DNA of 64,000 nucleotides from Alphaproteobacteria bacterium (GTDB lineage Bacteria; Pseudomonadota; Alphaproteobacteria; GM7ARS4; G965262615): NCBI GenBank assembly GCA_965262615.1, contig OZ253545.1, positions 896,001 to 960,000 of the forward strand, read 5' to 3'. Shown piece by piece: positions 49,824 to 60,800 of this stretch (position 1 is its first letter; each line of letters starts with the position of its first letter). The notes under the pieces were generated by a model. It saw only the letters and a program-made list of their open reading frames with translations, ran no database searches and was not told where the DNA came from. The position numbers and the translations under genes were made by a program.

Positions 49824-51326
49824 ATGCATCGCTACAAGTTGATGTTTGCAGAATATCCTTTGCGTGCCTATGAGCGTGAGATGGCGTTGTGGGAACTGCA
49901 GGAGCTATTGCCTGATGCTCGCGTCCGATGCGATGGCGAGGAAGTTTCTGTTCATACAGAGACACTTGATGGACAAGCTCATAAGAAGCTAAGGAAGTTA
50001 ACTTTTTTTTCGAAATTTCGAAAATGTGGAAGATGGATAGCAACGAATCAGAGCGTATTAGAGGCAGCAGACCGTAATAATAGGTTAGCTAGGAACGTCC
50101 GTTATTTTTCACATTCATTGCACGAGTACAAAGGACGTTTTTACCCGCAGCTTTGCAAATCTCTTATAAATATCAGTGGTGGTGAAGGGGTGGTATTAGA
50201 TCCATTTTGTGGTTGTGGGACGTTACTCTTTGAATCCGCCCTGAATGGTGTGCAATCAGTAGGGGTGGATATTAATCCGGTTGGGCACATGATCTCTCAG
50301 GCAAAAGTCTCTAGCTTGCGTATGAGTCAAGAGACCTTAAACAAGATGAGAAATTTTTTCTATGAAAAATCCGATAATTCAGTAAAACAACGCGGCATTC
50401 CTCTCAATGGAAGAGACATGGATTATTTGCGTAGATGGTTTCCTGAAAAAAATCTTGTTCAAATCATTCAACTGGATGATGAGATTAATTCTAATTTTTC
50501 CGAGGAGGAATCCCTTTTCTTACGTGTGGTGTTAAGTGAAATACTTAAAATTTTTTCGTGGCAGTCTCCAGATGAGCAGCGTATCCGTAGGAGAAAAGAC
50601 ACGCCACCTAGTAATGTTCGTGAATTCTTTTGTGAGCGACTATTTCAGCACCTTGACAAGATATCGATTCTAAACGGTATCCGCAAACCGTATGACTTAA
50701 AGGCAGAGGCAATGTTAGGAGACGCTCGAAATCTTCCTTTAGCTTCTTCCAGTATTGATTTTGTTGTTAGCTCGCCCCCATATGCGACTGCTTTGCCTTA
50801 TATTGATGCAGATAGATTGTCTCTATACCTATTTGCTCTCACAAATAAGAAAACCTTTAATGAGCTGGGACGAAGCTCTATCGGCAATCGTGAAATTTTA
50901 GTTAGCGAGCGTAAAAAATGGGAAGAGCAAATTTCTAGTGCGTACTCCAATCATGAATTACCCATCAATATATTGGATTTTTTGTCTGAAATCCGGGATC
51001 GCAATGCGAGAGCAAATGTAGGATTTAGGCGTAGAAATACTGCGGCTTTACTTTATAAATATTTTATAGATATGCGCGATTCTCTGGGTGAAATAATGAG
51101 AGTTCTGAAATCCAAGGGGAAAGCATCTTTGGTTGTAGGCAACAATTTTACTGTTGCTGGTGGTGTTCCTATGGAAATTCCAACCGCACATTTCATCAAT
51201 ACTATAGCTAATAATATGGGAATTCGCGTTTTGAGAAAGATTTATTCTAGCACTCCCTCGCCCTATAATATTTATTCTAAAAACGCGATAAGGCGAGAGA
51301 CTATTTCAATTTTGGAAATGCCATAA
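49824..51326 (+). CDS. DNA methyltransferase M2 (N4-cytosine type)
   Basis: HEYKGRFYPQ, DPFCGCGT, VSSPPY. Confidence 0.9.
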   Translation: MHRYKLMFAEYPLRAYEREMALWELQELLPDARVRCDGEEVSVHTETLDGQAHKKLRKLTFFSKFRKCGRWIATNQSVLEAADRNNRLARNVRYFSHSLHEYKGRFYPQLCKSLINISGGEGVVLDPFCGCGTLLFESALNGVQSVGVDINPVGHMISQAKVSSLRMSQETLNKMRNFFYEKSDNSVKQRGIPLNGRDMDYLRRWFPEKNLVQIIQLDDEINSNFSEEESLFLRVVLSEILKIFSWQSPDEQRIRRRKDTPPSNVREFFCERLFQHLDKISILNGIRKPYDLKAEAMLGDARNLPLASSSIDFVVSSPPYATALPYIDADRLSLYLFALTNKKTFNELGRSSIGNREILVSERKKWEEQISSAYSNHELPINILDFLSEIRDRNARANVGFRRRNTAALLYKYFIDMRDSLGEIMRVLKSKGKASLVVGNNFTVAGGVPMEIPTAHFINTIANNMGIRVLRKIYSSTPSPYNIYSKNAIRRETISILEMP

Positions 51327-51328
51327 AA

Positions 51329-52408
51329 ATGGATGTTTCTCTTTTAACAGGTGAATATAGATCTGGGAAAGTGCTTTGCGATCTTTTAGAAAGCAATAAA
51401 TATTGTAATTTCCAATTTGCTGTTGCCTATGCGCGTCGGTCGGGCGTTAGACTTCTAAAGCCAGCAATGCAAAAATTTATTAATCACAATGGCAACGACA
51501 GCATGCTTGGCATTGTCGGGGTCAATCAAGGAAACACTTCCTATCAGGGCGTTCGCTTGCTTTCTGATATTATCAATGGTGGTTTATATTTGCGCTTTAG
51601 CCAAAATTATCAATCAACATTTCATCCCAAAATGTACATCTTTAAAAAACATCATGAGGGAAATGTTAAAATTTCCATTGCCGTTATCGGTTCATCAAAT
51701 ATGACCGTTGGCGGATTAAAAACCAATGAAGAGTGTGATGTTCTTTTGGAGGATATTCAAAACAATCGAAATTTTACAAATTCTATAGAGTCTTTTTTGG
51801 AAGATTTGCGTGTCACTAGAAATGGGTTTAATACCATCCGTGCGACACCTGATATCATTCAAAAATTTCAAGATTGTGGGGCATTAGTTAATGAAGATGA
51901 AAAAAGAAAAATGGGCTCAAGCAACCGCGCGTCAAAAGATGTAGAACAATCCATATCAGAAATTATTAAAAATAATAATAAACCGAAGCATCGTTGTTTT
52001 GCTATGACACTGAGCAACTTTGATGTTAGTGCAAGATCTCAAGATCCCGTTATACTGGTTCCTTTAACGGCTAGGAATATTGATGAGCGTTTTTGGCTAT
52101 GGCCGGGTTCTTTTGTGCAAGAAAGAGAATTCGCTGACTTGTATTTAGATTCATCGGTAAATATTGATGGTAAAGTTATATCTGAGCGGATTAGAATTTA
52201 TGACTATCCAAATAAATCTGAATTCCGTTTAAAATCAGAAATTGTTAAACGCAGAGGAAACGTGGGGGATATTCTTCTTGTTGAGCGTGATGATGATAAT
52301 TTTTTACTTTCTGTAATCAGAAAAAGTGACGAGGACAGGTATCGAAGCTATGAATCTCGCTTGACAACAATGGTATCCAGCCAAAAATCATTCGGTTATT
52401 TTAACTGA
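51329..52408 (+). CDS. PLD/HKD-family restriction endonuclease with B3-like C-domain
   Basis: AVAY..SGV, FHPKMY, IGSSNMT.GGL..NEE; C-terminal EFRL..GDILL. Confidence 0.85.
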   Translation: MDVSLLTGEYRSGKVLCDLLESNKYCNFQFAVAYARRSGVRLLKPAMQKFINHNGNDSMLGIVGVNQGNTSYQGVRLLSDIINGGLYLRFSQNYQSTFHPKMYIFKKHHEGNVKISIAVIGSSNMTVGGLKTNEECDVLLEDIQNNRNFTNSIESFLEDLRVTRNGFNTIRATPDIIQKFQDCGALVNEDEKRKMGSSNRASKDVEQSISEIIKNNNKPKHRCFAMTLSNFDVSARSQDPVILVPLTARNIDERFWLWPGSFVQEREFADLYLDSSVNIDGKVISERIRIYDYPNKSEFRLKSEIVKRRGNVGDILLVERDDDNFLLSVIRKSDEDRYRSYESRLTTMVSSQKSFGYFN

Positions 52409-52430
52409 ATTCTCAACCCTCTGCTTCGTC

Positions 52431-53201
52431 TTGATAGACATCATTTTTGAGCAATTGCGTCAGAGCGGCATCAATAACGGCAAAAAAAACGAACAGCTCA
52501 TCTTTGATGAGCTCACCATTCTGCGACAAGGCAGATATCTGCATTTTCAGGGCAACTATCGGGAAAATGGCATCACCAAACGCGCCGCCATCTGTGTGGG
52601 ACCTCAATACGGCACTGTCAGCAAAGACCTGCTTGCCCATGCGGCACGCGAAGCCGCCGATTTTTTTGATATCCTCATCGTGCTGGGATTCGCCTTTGAA
52701 GGCTACGCCGATGAAGGCATCATGACTTTGGGCAACATTCCCGTTCAACGCGCCCACATGAACAATGATTTGCGCATGGCGGAACGACTCAAAGCCAGCA
52801 AAAACGACCGCCTCTTCGTGCTGTTCGGCGAACCCGACATCGCCCTCACCAGCCCCACAAAAGACACCATCCAGGTGACAATAAAAGGCATAGACATTTT
52901 TGATCCCACCACGGGCAACCTCACATCCTCCAATCCCGACGCCATCGCCTGTTGGTTCATAGACACCGATTACAACGAAGAAGCATTCTTCGTGCGTCAC
53001 GCCTATTTCCTCGGCATGAAAGACAAAGACCCCTACAAAAGATTGAAAAAAGCCCTCAAAAGCGACATCAATCAGGAAATATGGCAGAGTCTCTACACGG
53101 CGACCTCTCGTCCTTTTCCCACACCATCTTCGGGGAAAATCGCCGTCAAAGCCATCAACCGCTACGGCGATGAGGTGCTGAAAATTTTCAAAATCCCATA
53201 A
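52431..53201 (+). pseudogene. Type III-like Mod methyltransferase, C-terminal fragment
   Basis: GPQYGTV, LFVLFGEPDI, WFIDTDYNEEAFFVRHAYF, KIAVKAINRYGDE; no catalytic motifs present. Confidence 0.8.
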
Positions 53202-53242
53202 AACATCAGCGCGGAGATAGTGGAAAAAGCTCTGGCGAAAAC

Positions 53243-55723
53243 TTAATTGTCACTCTCTATATCTGGATTCAAAACATTTACATCATAAAGCCCGACATGT
53301 TTGTGTTTGTGTTTGATGATTCCCGTGTAAATGAGGCTTGAATTCTCGTAGCGTTTGAATTGATAGACGGCAGCATTCATGAGCGAACTGTTAAAGAGAT
53401 TCAGATTCACGAGCAAATCAAAATCCTTGATGGAGAGCCCTGTCACTTTTTTGAACAGTGTGGGTTCTAGTTGGGTGATGACATCCTTCAAAGTGTGCTC
53501 GCGATAGTCGGTGAGATACATGAACACAGGAATGCGCGTGGCAAATTTGATGAGCTTTTCTTGCACTTGTTTGCGGAGGCTTTTTTCTTTTTTTTCATCC
53601 TCTGTGAGTTGTTTCTTTTGTTTTTTAGTCAGTTCTTTTTCGTTGGCTTTTTCTTTGGTTTTTTTGATGGAGTCCGACTGGTTGATGATGGTTTCAATAT
53701 CTTGATTGAGACTTCTAAAGCCCTCAATGCTCATGAGGGCTTGCATGGCGGCTTCATTGTTGATGAGTTTTTTCAGCGTTTCATTATCCACATTGACCAA
53801 CAATGCGCTTTCCCACTTTCTTGCGAGGAGGGTGGCGGTTGTTTTGCTGGCGGCATAGTCTAGGATTCCGATCGCGTCTATTTGCTTCATTGAGCTGCCG
53901 TCATAGGCGAGAACAGGCAGAAACTTGATGAATTCCGCCACTTGTTTTTCGGGGTCGCTCTCTGTGGGATTGAGTTGGCTGCTGTAGTCGGCGATTTGTC
54001 GCAGAGCTCTGGTGGGAGCAAAATCAAACACATAGCACACCTGCTTGATGATCTCCTTGGCATTGGGCGAGAGACCGTCTCGGTTGGCGATTTCCCAAGG
54101 GGTTTGCACACGAAAGGCGGCTTGAAAGTATGTCTCGGGGCTGGATAAATTCCGCAGCATAAAAATGCCCGCCCACGGTTTGACCGAAACGCCCGTTGTG
54201 AGCTTGCCACACGAAAGAGTGATGGTTTTGGAACTGAGCGGGTCGTCCATGGCGTTGCGGACAGGGTCTAGTGCCTTCACCCCAATGCCCGCTTCCTTGC
54301 CCGCGGCGACAATTATTTTATAGTCATGATAAAAAACATTATCCCCCTCTTTGAGAAGATTCGCCATCGCATGACACGAGGCAACCGTCGGCAAAAACCA
54401 AAAAGTATGATTGAGCAAAGGCAATAGCCTTTTGTCGGAAAAAGGAAGCGGCGGCTTTTTGGCTTTGAGCTTGAGATTGTCTCGCGTTGTCTCCCGATGG
54501 CTACCGCGAATTAAATTCAGCCACTTTTGCACCTCATCCTTGTGGATGAATGCGGCATTGGCTTTTTCCCCTTCGGCTTTGAAAAACTCATTGAGATCAA
54601 ACTCGTCAAATTCGCCCTCTTTGGCTATTTCTTTGATGTCATCGGGCAGCTCGTAGGTCATCAGCACCATTTGCGGCAATGCGCTGTAGGGATTATCAGC
54701 TCCTTGCCATTCTTTTTTGGCTTTTTGTTCATCGGCATAAGTCCAGTTGAAGATTTCCTCCTCAATGAATTCCCCTGCGCCGATGGCGCGAAAGGGCGTT
54801 CCCGATAAATAAAGGCAGGCGTGGGTGGTGATGGGCATGATGTCTTTGTCAAAATGCTCCAAGCCTTCGCCTTGTTGGGCTTTTTGTTCTTGCCTGTCTT
54901 CCTCATCAAAGAGGTCTTTGGCTTTGGCGCGCCATGAGCCGTAGTGGTATTCATCAAAAATGACGCAATCCCAATTGAACTCATGCACCCATTCATTTTT
55001 TACCTTGATGCCGCCCGCACTGTTTTTACCAAGATAATCCTGAAATGAGCCAAAACAAACAAAAGGCTTGCTGGAATCAATTGATGATAAATTGTCCTTA
55101 TGGATAAATTGCCAACCCACAAAATCCTTGTGAGTGAGCAAATCCTCCTGCCATGCGTTTTGCACCGCAGGCTTGAATGTGATGACAAGAACGCGCCGCC
55201 AGTTCATTTGCAACGCCAATTGATAGGCGGCAAAGGTCTTGCCAAAACGCATCTTGGCATTCCAGAGAAAATGAGGCGTTTGTCCTTCTTCTGCTTTGAA
55301 TGACCGCATATGCTCGGCGGCGCGCCGCACAGCTTCTCGCTGTTCGGGACGCATGGCAAAATCATAAGGACGACCATCAATGCCCGGTGTGCGGTCGGTC
55401 AGAGATTTGACCGCCGCGGTCACATCAGACACTGAGCAACGAAACCACTCGCCTTCGGGATTAGAAAAGTCCCTGTCACGCAAATACCGATGCACATCAT
55501 GATCCGTGAAATAACTGCCATCGTTGCGAATCGCGGGCATATCCAGCTCAATGGTGTAGGGAATCTTGCCCGGAGCCTTTGTGGGATACTGCTGCGCCAC
55601 CCGCTCTGCCACCGATTGGTTGGTGTAGCCGATTTTCAAAAGCCCATCATATTGTGAGTGGGAATCCGAATAGGCGTAAATGCGCGGCTGGCTATGAGTT
55701 TTTTCAGGGAAAAATTTATCCAT
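53243..55723 (-). CDS. GIY-YIG/T5orf172 nuclease fused to SF2 helicase (restriction-type)
   Basis: IYAYS..LKIGYT..GEWF; NAKMRFGKT, FDEYH, LSGTPF, YFQAAFRVQ. Confidence 0.88.
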   Translation of the reverse strand: MDKFFPEKTHSQPRIYAYSDSHSQYDGLLKIGYTNQSVAERVAQQYPTKAPGKIPYTIELDMPAIRNDGSYFTDHDVHRYLRDRDFSNPEGEWFRCSVSDVTAAVKSLTDRTPGIDGRPYDFAMRPEQREAVRRAAEHMRSFKAEEGQTPHFLWNAKMRFGKTFAAYQLALQMNWRRVLVITFKPAVQNAWQEDLLTHKDFVGWQFIHKDNLSSIDSSKPFVCFGSFQDYLGKNSAGGIKVKNEWVHEFNWDCVIFDEYHYGSWRAKAKDLFDEEDRQEQKAQQGEGLEHFDKDIMPITTHACLYLSGTPFRAIGAGEFIEEEIFNWTYADEQKAKKEWQGADNPYSALPQMVLMTYELPDDIKEIAKEGEFDEFDLNEFFKAEGEKANAAFIHKDEVQKWLNLIRGSHRETTRDNLKLKAKKPPLPFSDKRLLPLLNHTFWFLPTVASCHAMANLLKEGDNVFYHDYKIIVAAGKEAGIGVKALDPVRNAMDDPLSSKTITLSCGKLTTGVSVKPWAGIFMLRNLSSPETYFQAAFRVQTPWEIANRDGLSPNAKEIIKQVCYVFDFAPTRALRQIADYSSQLNPTESDPEKQVAEFIKFLPVLAYDGSSMKQIDAIGILDYAASKTTATLLARKWESALLVNVDNETLKKLINNEAAMQALMSIEGFRSLNQDIETIINQSDSIKKTKEKANEKELTKKQKKQLTEDEKKEKSLRKQVQEKLIKFATRIPVFMYLTDYREHTLKDVITQLEPTLFKKVTGLSIKDFDLLVNLNLFNSSLMNAAVYQFKRYENSSLIYTGIIKHKHKHVGLYDVNVLNPDIESDN

Positions 55724-55735
55724 AAATTTTTACCA

Positions 55736-57247
55736 TCACCTGCTTCGGATTGTTTTTTCAACAAACTCAATTTCATCATTTGTAAGTGCAAATTTTTTAT
55801 AGAGTTTGTAATCAGTCCATTTCTCTTGAAAATCCAAAACAGGAACAAAGGCAAAGCAATCGCGAGTAACATTGACTGACGAAATCGCCTGTCTAAGCAA
55901 GAAGCGAGGAAACTTCAGGTTAATGTATTCGTTAAAATTACTTAACTCTGCTTCGTTATCAAAAGAACCAATAACAATGTAAGATTCAGTTGAAATTTCA
56001 TTTGGACGCAAAATTTTGGTATCTGTAATGACTCTGTAGCCATCTACAGGATTAACATTCAATTCCCCATTGCTTGGCACAAGCCTTCCAATCAACACTT
56101 TATGCTTGTCTATCAAGGATATATTCTTGGTAACAGAATCTTTGGATACATAGCCCAATCCTTGACTTGACAAAATGGCTATATCCCCATCAGAACGCTT
56201 CTCATTTCCTCTAAAATTGGTAGCAAAACCGAATGGGTTTCTTGGCAACACAAAATTGTCCATCATTTCAGAGCTCATTGAAGTCACTTTTTCAACAATG
56301 CTAACCGCCTTATTTGATCTGATGAAAACAGAAAATTTGCTTAGAAACCTGCGTGTTCTGTCATGCGAATTCCCGTGAAGATTTGTTACCTCACACATGT
56401 CATCATATTCATTCTCCCATAGAAAGTAACAAACACCACCCGCAATATTCACCCCTGGAAAACAATTTTTGCTTGATTCAAAATCAACCAATCGGCTTAT
56501 TCTTTTATCATTCAGCATTTCTTGCCTAAATTCATCCAACCCCTTCCCTCCAGCATACCATCTGGAAGGAATAATCATGCTCAGAAAACGAGGGGTTAAT
56601 TTTTTCGCTTGGCGCACAAAATGTTGAAAAATGGGCGTGGCACTAACGCTATTTCCGCCATCATCTAATTGATACGGCGGGTTGCCAACAATTACATCAA
56701 ACTTCATGTTGAAAATCTCCTTTGGGTTGTGTGTGTGGATGAACTCATAGGCGTGGCTTTCCATGTCATCGTCTCTGTCGTAGGCGGCTTGGGATGCTCC
56801 GCAGAATGTGCAGCGTCCATTGTGCCACGAATGTTTTGCCTTGTCATTATAGCGTATATTGCCGTCTGATGATAGAAAATTCTCAACAACGGAATACTTG
56901 CCGCGAGCATCCTTTGAGCAATACAAGCTGCGGCGGGCGATCAACGATGTCAGTTGGGTGATGGCGATGCCATACAGCTGCTTGTGAAAAATATGATTGA
57001 TGCGTTCTTGCTTGTTGGGAATTTTCTGCTTCAATCCTTCAATGAGTCTTTTGGCAATCTCGCGCAAAAACACGCCGGACTTGCAGCAGGGGTCTAGGAA
57101 TGTCACCGTCTCATCGCTCCACAGTTCTTTGGGCAATAAGTCCAGCATTTGATTGGCAACAGACGGCGGCGTGAAAATCTCGTCCGCGCTCAAATTCGCC
57201 AAGCAACTCAAAACATCGGGATTATGATTCGTGTGGGACAGCATCAC
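55736..57247 (-). CDS. Eco57I-like adenine methyltransferase with TRD
   Basis: DEIFTPP, FLDPCCKSG, FDVIVGNPPY, IIPSRW. Confidence 0.88.
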   Translation of the reverse strand: MMLSHTNHNPDVLSCLANLSADEIFTPPSVANQMLDLLPKELWSDETVTFLDPCCKSGVFLREIAKRLIEGLKQKIPNKQERINHIFHKQLYGIAITQLTSLIARRSLYCSKDARGKYSVVENFLSSDGNIRYNDKAKHSWHNGRCTFCGASQAAYDRDDDMESHAYEFIHTHNPKEIFNMKFDVIVGNPPYQLDDGGNSVSATPIFQHFVRQAKKLTPRFLSMIIPSRWYAGGKGLDEFRQEMLNDKRISRLVDFESSKNCFPGVNIAGGVCYFLWENEYDDMCEVTNLHGNSHDRTRRFLSKFSVFIRSNKAVSIVEKVTSMSSEMMDNFVLPRNPFGFATNFRGNEKRSDGDIAILSSQGLGYVSKDSVTKNISLIDKHKVLIGRLVPSNGELNVNPVDGYRVITDTKILRPNEISTESYIVIGSFDNEAELSNFNEYINLKFPRFLLRQAISSVNVTRDCFAFVPVLDFQEKWTDYKLYKKFALTNDEIEFVEKTIRSR

Positions 57248-57875
57248 GCACCTTCAAAAAATGAATGGGATGGAAATCTCTGCACGGGCGCGGAATAAAC
57301 ACCTCCTCGCCTTGGTCTGAGGTGAGGGTCTCACCCTCCAGAGGCAGAGGTTTCACCAGAGTCTCAAATGTGTAATCGGTTCGCTTCACCAGACTGCCCG
57401 AGATAAAACTCCATTGTGAGAAAACAATCGGCTCCGTGCCGTGTGGCTTCTTCAAAGTGAGAGCATCACCCCACAGTATATTGCGAGCCAATACAAAATC
57501 AATCACATCAATAAACGCATCGTGCGCCGTCTTCTTATACAAAGAGCCGTAACATCGCCGCACCAGAGACAACAAACGAGAACGACACATCGCAACATTG
57601 TCAGCAAGAATCTCAACGCCATACACGCTCCCCACGCCCTGAAAGCAATAGCGTTCAAACTCCAACTGGCTATCGTGATAACGCTTGCCAATGACCTCAA
57701 GCTTGCGCCGCAAAATCTCCACCAAGAAATTGCCATCCCCGCACGCCGGCTCAAGAAAGCGAGAATCAATCCGCACCGTCTCATCATACACCAAATCCAG
57801 CATGGCGTTCACCTCCCGCTCGGATGTAAACACCTCACCAAAATTCTCAACCCGCCGCTTCGTCTTAATGGACAT
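57222..57875 (-). CDS. Small SAM-binding methyltransferase-like subunit lacking catalytic NPPY
   Basis: GEVFT, FLEPACGDGNFL, YGVEI, NILWGDAL; no xPPY. Confidence 0.85.
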   Translation of the reverse strand: MSIKTKRRVENFGEVFTSEREVNAMLDLVYDETVRIDSRFLEPACGDGNFLVEILRRKLEVIGKRYHDSQLEFERYCFQGVGSVYGVEILADNVAMCRSRLLSLVRRCYGSLYKKTAHDAFIDVIDFVLARNILWGDALTLKKPHGTEPIVFSQWSFISGSLVKRTDYTFETLVKPLPLEGETLTSDQGEEVFIPRPCRDFHPIHFLKVRDAVPHES

Positions 57876-57898
57876 CCCCCAATCGTAGCACGAAAACC

Positions 57899-60800
57899 CT
57901 AAGGATTAAACAAAGAAGCACGCTCGCTTGGTGTGAACAATATGTAGCCCTCAAAATCGTTGCCCACTTCGTATTTGAAGCGTTCAAAAATCTCAACCAA
58001 AACTTGCCCACGCAAATACTCACGCCGTTCATCTTCGGTTTCATATTCCTGCTGTAATCGTTGCGTGGGGTTTGCAATTAATTCATTCATCAATTGCTCA
58101 TCGTGAGAGAAAGCGCGAATGTCCATGTAGAAGATGTCCTCAACGCACTCTTCTTTGTAGTTTCCATAAAGTGGCGACAGCTGAACAATCCTACCCACTG
58201 TGGTTTTGTCCACAATTAAAACTGGATTGTCAGACCTGTGATGAAAGCCACTGAAAACGGGTATTTTGTTCTTGTTGAAATCATACCAACCCTCAAACCC
58301 CTTAATATCAAGCTGTTGAACACCTTCTTCCCAACGATGTTTGAAATTTTGCGAAGATGAAAAGAGAGTCCAAAAAGAGTCATGTGTTGTGATAATGACA
58401 ACATCATTCACATTGGCAAATTGTGCCAATGTTGTCTCAAAGTCTCCCTCATCTATTTGTTCGCAACACTTGGCGATTTCGTCAAACAGGTAATTATTCT
58501 CAAAGCGAGCAATTTCCGCTCCATATACACCATGCACTCCAACTCCACTAACATGCCAGTTGTCTAAAAATATTTCTTTAGTAATAATTTCTTTAATTGT
58601 AAGCCAGCCGTCATTAGAACCAACTTCGTTTGCAGTTTGATCATCGTAAGCATTGAAATGCTTGATGAAAATATCGCGCATAATGGCACTATTACGGAAA
58701 GACTTTTTGTCTCCATCTTTGCACTTCCGCACCAAATGCTCCGAGATGGGACGCTCTTTTACTTCATCAAACTCTTGTTGCTCTTGTGCATCTTTTGCTT
58801 TGGCAAGCAGCTTTTTGAAAGCATCCACTTTCTCAATTGCCGCGTCTGTTAAAACAGGCTGCCATTGGTCTGAATTGTTTTTGATATGATCAAGAATTGA
58901 AACCACAGAACCTGATCCGCCAGCCAAGTCGGCAAAATCGCGAGAAGTGGGAAGATTAATTGTTGCAATTTGTTCATCAGTATAGCCCGCCAACAAAGAC
59001 AGAGCTTTGACGGCATAAAATTGTTCCAGATGAGCAAATGAATTTACGCGATAGGTTTCTCCCCCTTCTTTACCTTCAAATTCCCAAGAATTCCAACCAT
59101 GAGAATTAACTTTGTCAAAGTGATGACATCGCAAAAACAATCTTGTAAACGGCTCTATTTCCGATGGCATTTTTGCTTCAATTGCATTGTAAAATTTCTC
59201 AACGCTTCCCTTCTCGCTATCGGTGCGCCATTTGTTCAAAATCCAGCCGCTCAAGCCAAAAAGGACTTCTTGGTTTTTCTGATTTAGCGAATCCACCAAT
59301 CCTTTTGTTCTGTCAATGTTGTCGTAGCGCACCATATTTTCAAGACTTCTGAAAAGCTTTGTGGTCACAGACAGATATTTTTCAAAGGAATCAAAGTCTC
59401 TTTTGTCAAAAGAGGCTTTGAGCAAATCCTGAAAGATTAAAAGGACGGCAAATGCAAACCTCTCAATCCATTCAACTGGATATTCCCCGTCTTCTATTTT
59501 GTTGCGTAAATCACGCCGAATAATATCCCGAGAATTACGCCAAGAGCGGTTAAAAAGCAAATCAGCTTTTTCATCATTTCCGCCATCTCTTGCCTTGAGA
59601 CTTTGTCGATAGAGACGATAAGGATAATATCTCAATTCATCAAAAATTGAAAAATCCCTATGGGTAATTATTTGTCCCATCAGTGCAAATGGCAAATATG
59701 ATGCTGTGAGAGCAAACTTGCTTTTTGCCTCAACCGAGTGTTCAAATATTTCCTGAATATCATTCGTTATCCAGCGAGCTGGGTTAGGCTTCATGCCAAA
59801 AATTGGGATGGAATTCCATTGAGACTTCAGTTCCTCTGAGTATGGCTCTGCATAGCTGTAAAATGCTTCAAACAATTGTCTGTAATAGTTTAAAGCTTCT
59901 CCAAATTCCTTTTCTTGCTGCTGTTTGAGCAATTTTAAAGATAACACTCTCAATACACCCATATCGTTTCGAAGTGATTCCAAATTTAAACCACTTTCAT
60001 TGATATTGAATGCCTTATGAACCAGCCTCTCAATTTTTTCTTTCTGCTTTTTGTTAGCAAGCAAGTCATTGCGAACCCAAAGCAAAGTTTCTCCTTCATT
60101 AACATGGTAATGAAGCGAATCTACTCCTAAACGGTAACAAGGCTTATCCAATCCAAATTCAGCTGCGTCATTGTTGCTGAAAGCAATTTCTTTTAGTTTT
60201 TGCACATCCAAATCTGTCACCATGCCAGATTTTCTTGATTTTATTGCGGTGTATTCCTTCTCATCAGGGATGAGCCAAGAGTTCATATCAATGGCAGACC
60301 CCTTCAATGAACTGGCAACTTCTTTACTGCCAATGACTTGTTCCATTTCTAAGTCAAGTGATTTGAGAAAAGCCTTTTTTATGTTATCGAATAACATAGT
60401 TCTTTCCTCTTTTTCCAATTCATAACTATTGAGAAACGAGCCAAATGTTTTGTGGACTGAAAAAAGAGTATATATGCCGATGACAAATATGGGCATTATA
60501 ATCATAGTGTTTACATCCCTCCAAAAAAGGATGAAAAAAACAAGCACTTCAGCAATGAGAAGATATAAAAATTGGCTTCTCTTGAGTAAAATAATCCCTT
60601 TGTAAGGAAATTGATTGTTTTCGCCTCTTGCAATTTCTTGTGCCACAAAAAACGCCAAGCCAATAAGCACCGCACCAATACCCGAGTGGATGGCAACCAA
60701 AATTTCATGATATTCTTCTCCCAGAACATGAATTTCTGAAAAAGCTGAGGGAAAAAAGGTGTGTCCATGTGCAAGAAAAGCAAACAAGCCAAAGACGGCA

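Noticed and set aside
51329-55723. PLD nuclease plus helicase as a CglI/NgoAVII-type R+H system
   Set aside because: Genes are convergent, separated by a mod fragment and differ in composition; the MTases are not m5C type; the helicase has its own nuclease and MTases
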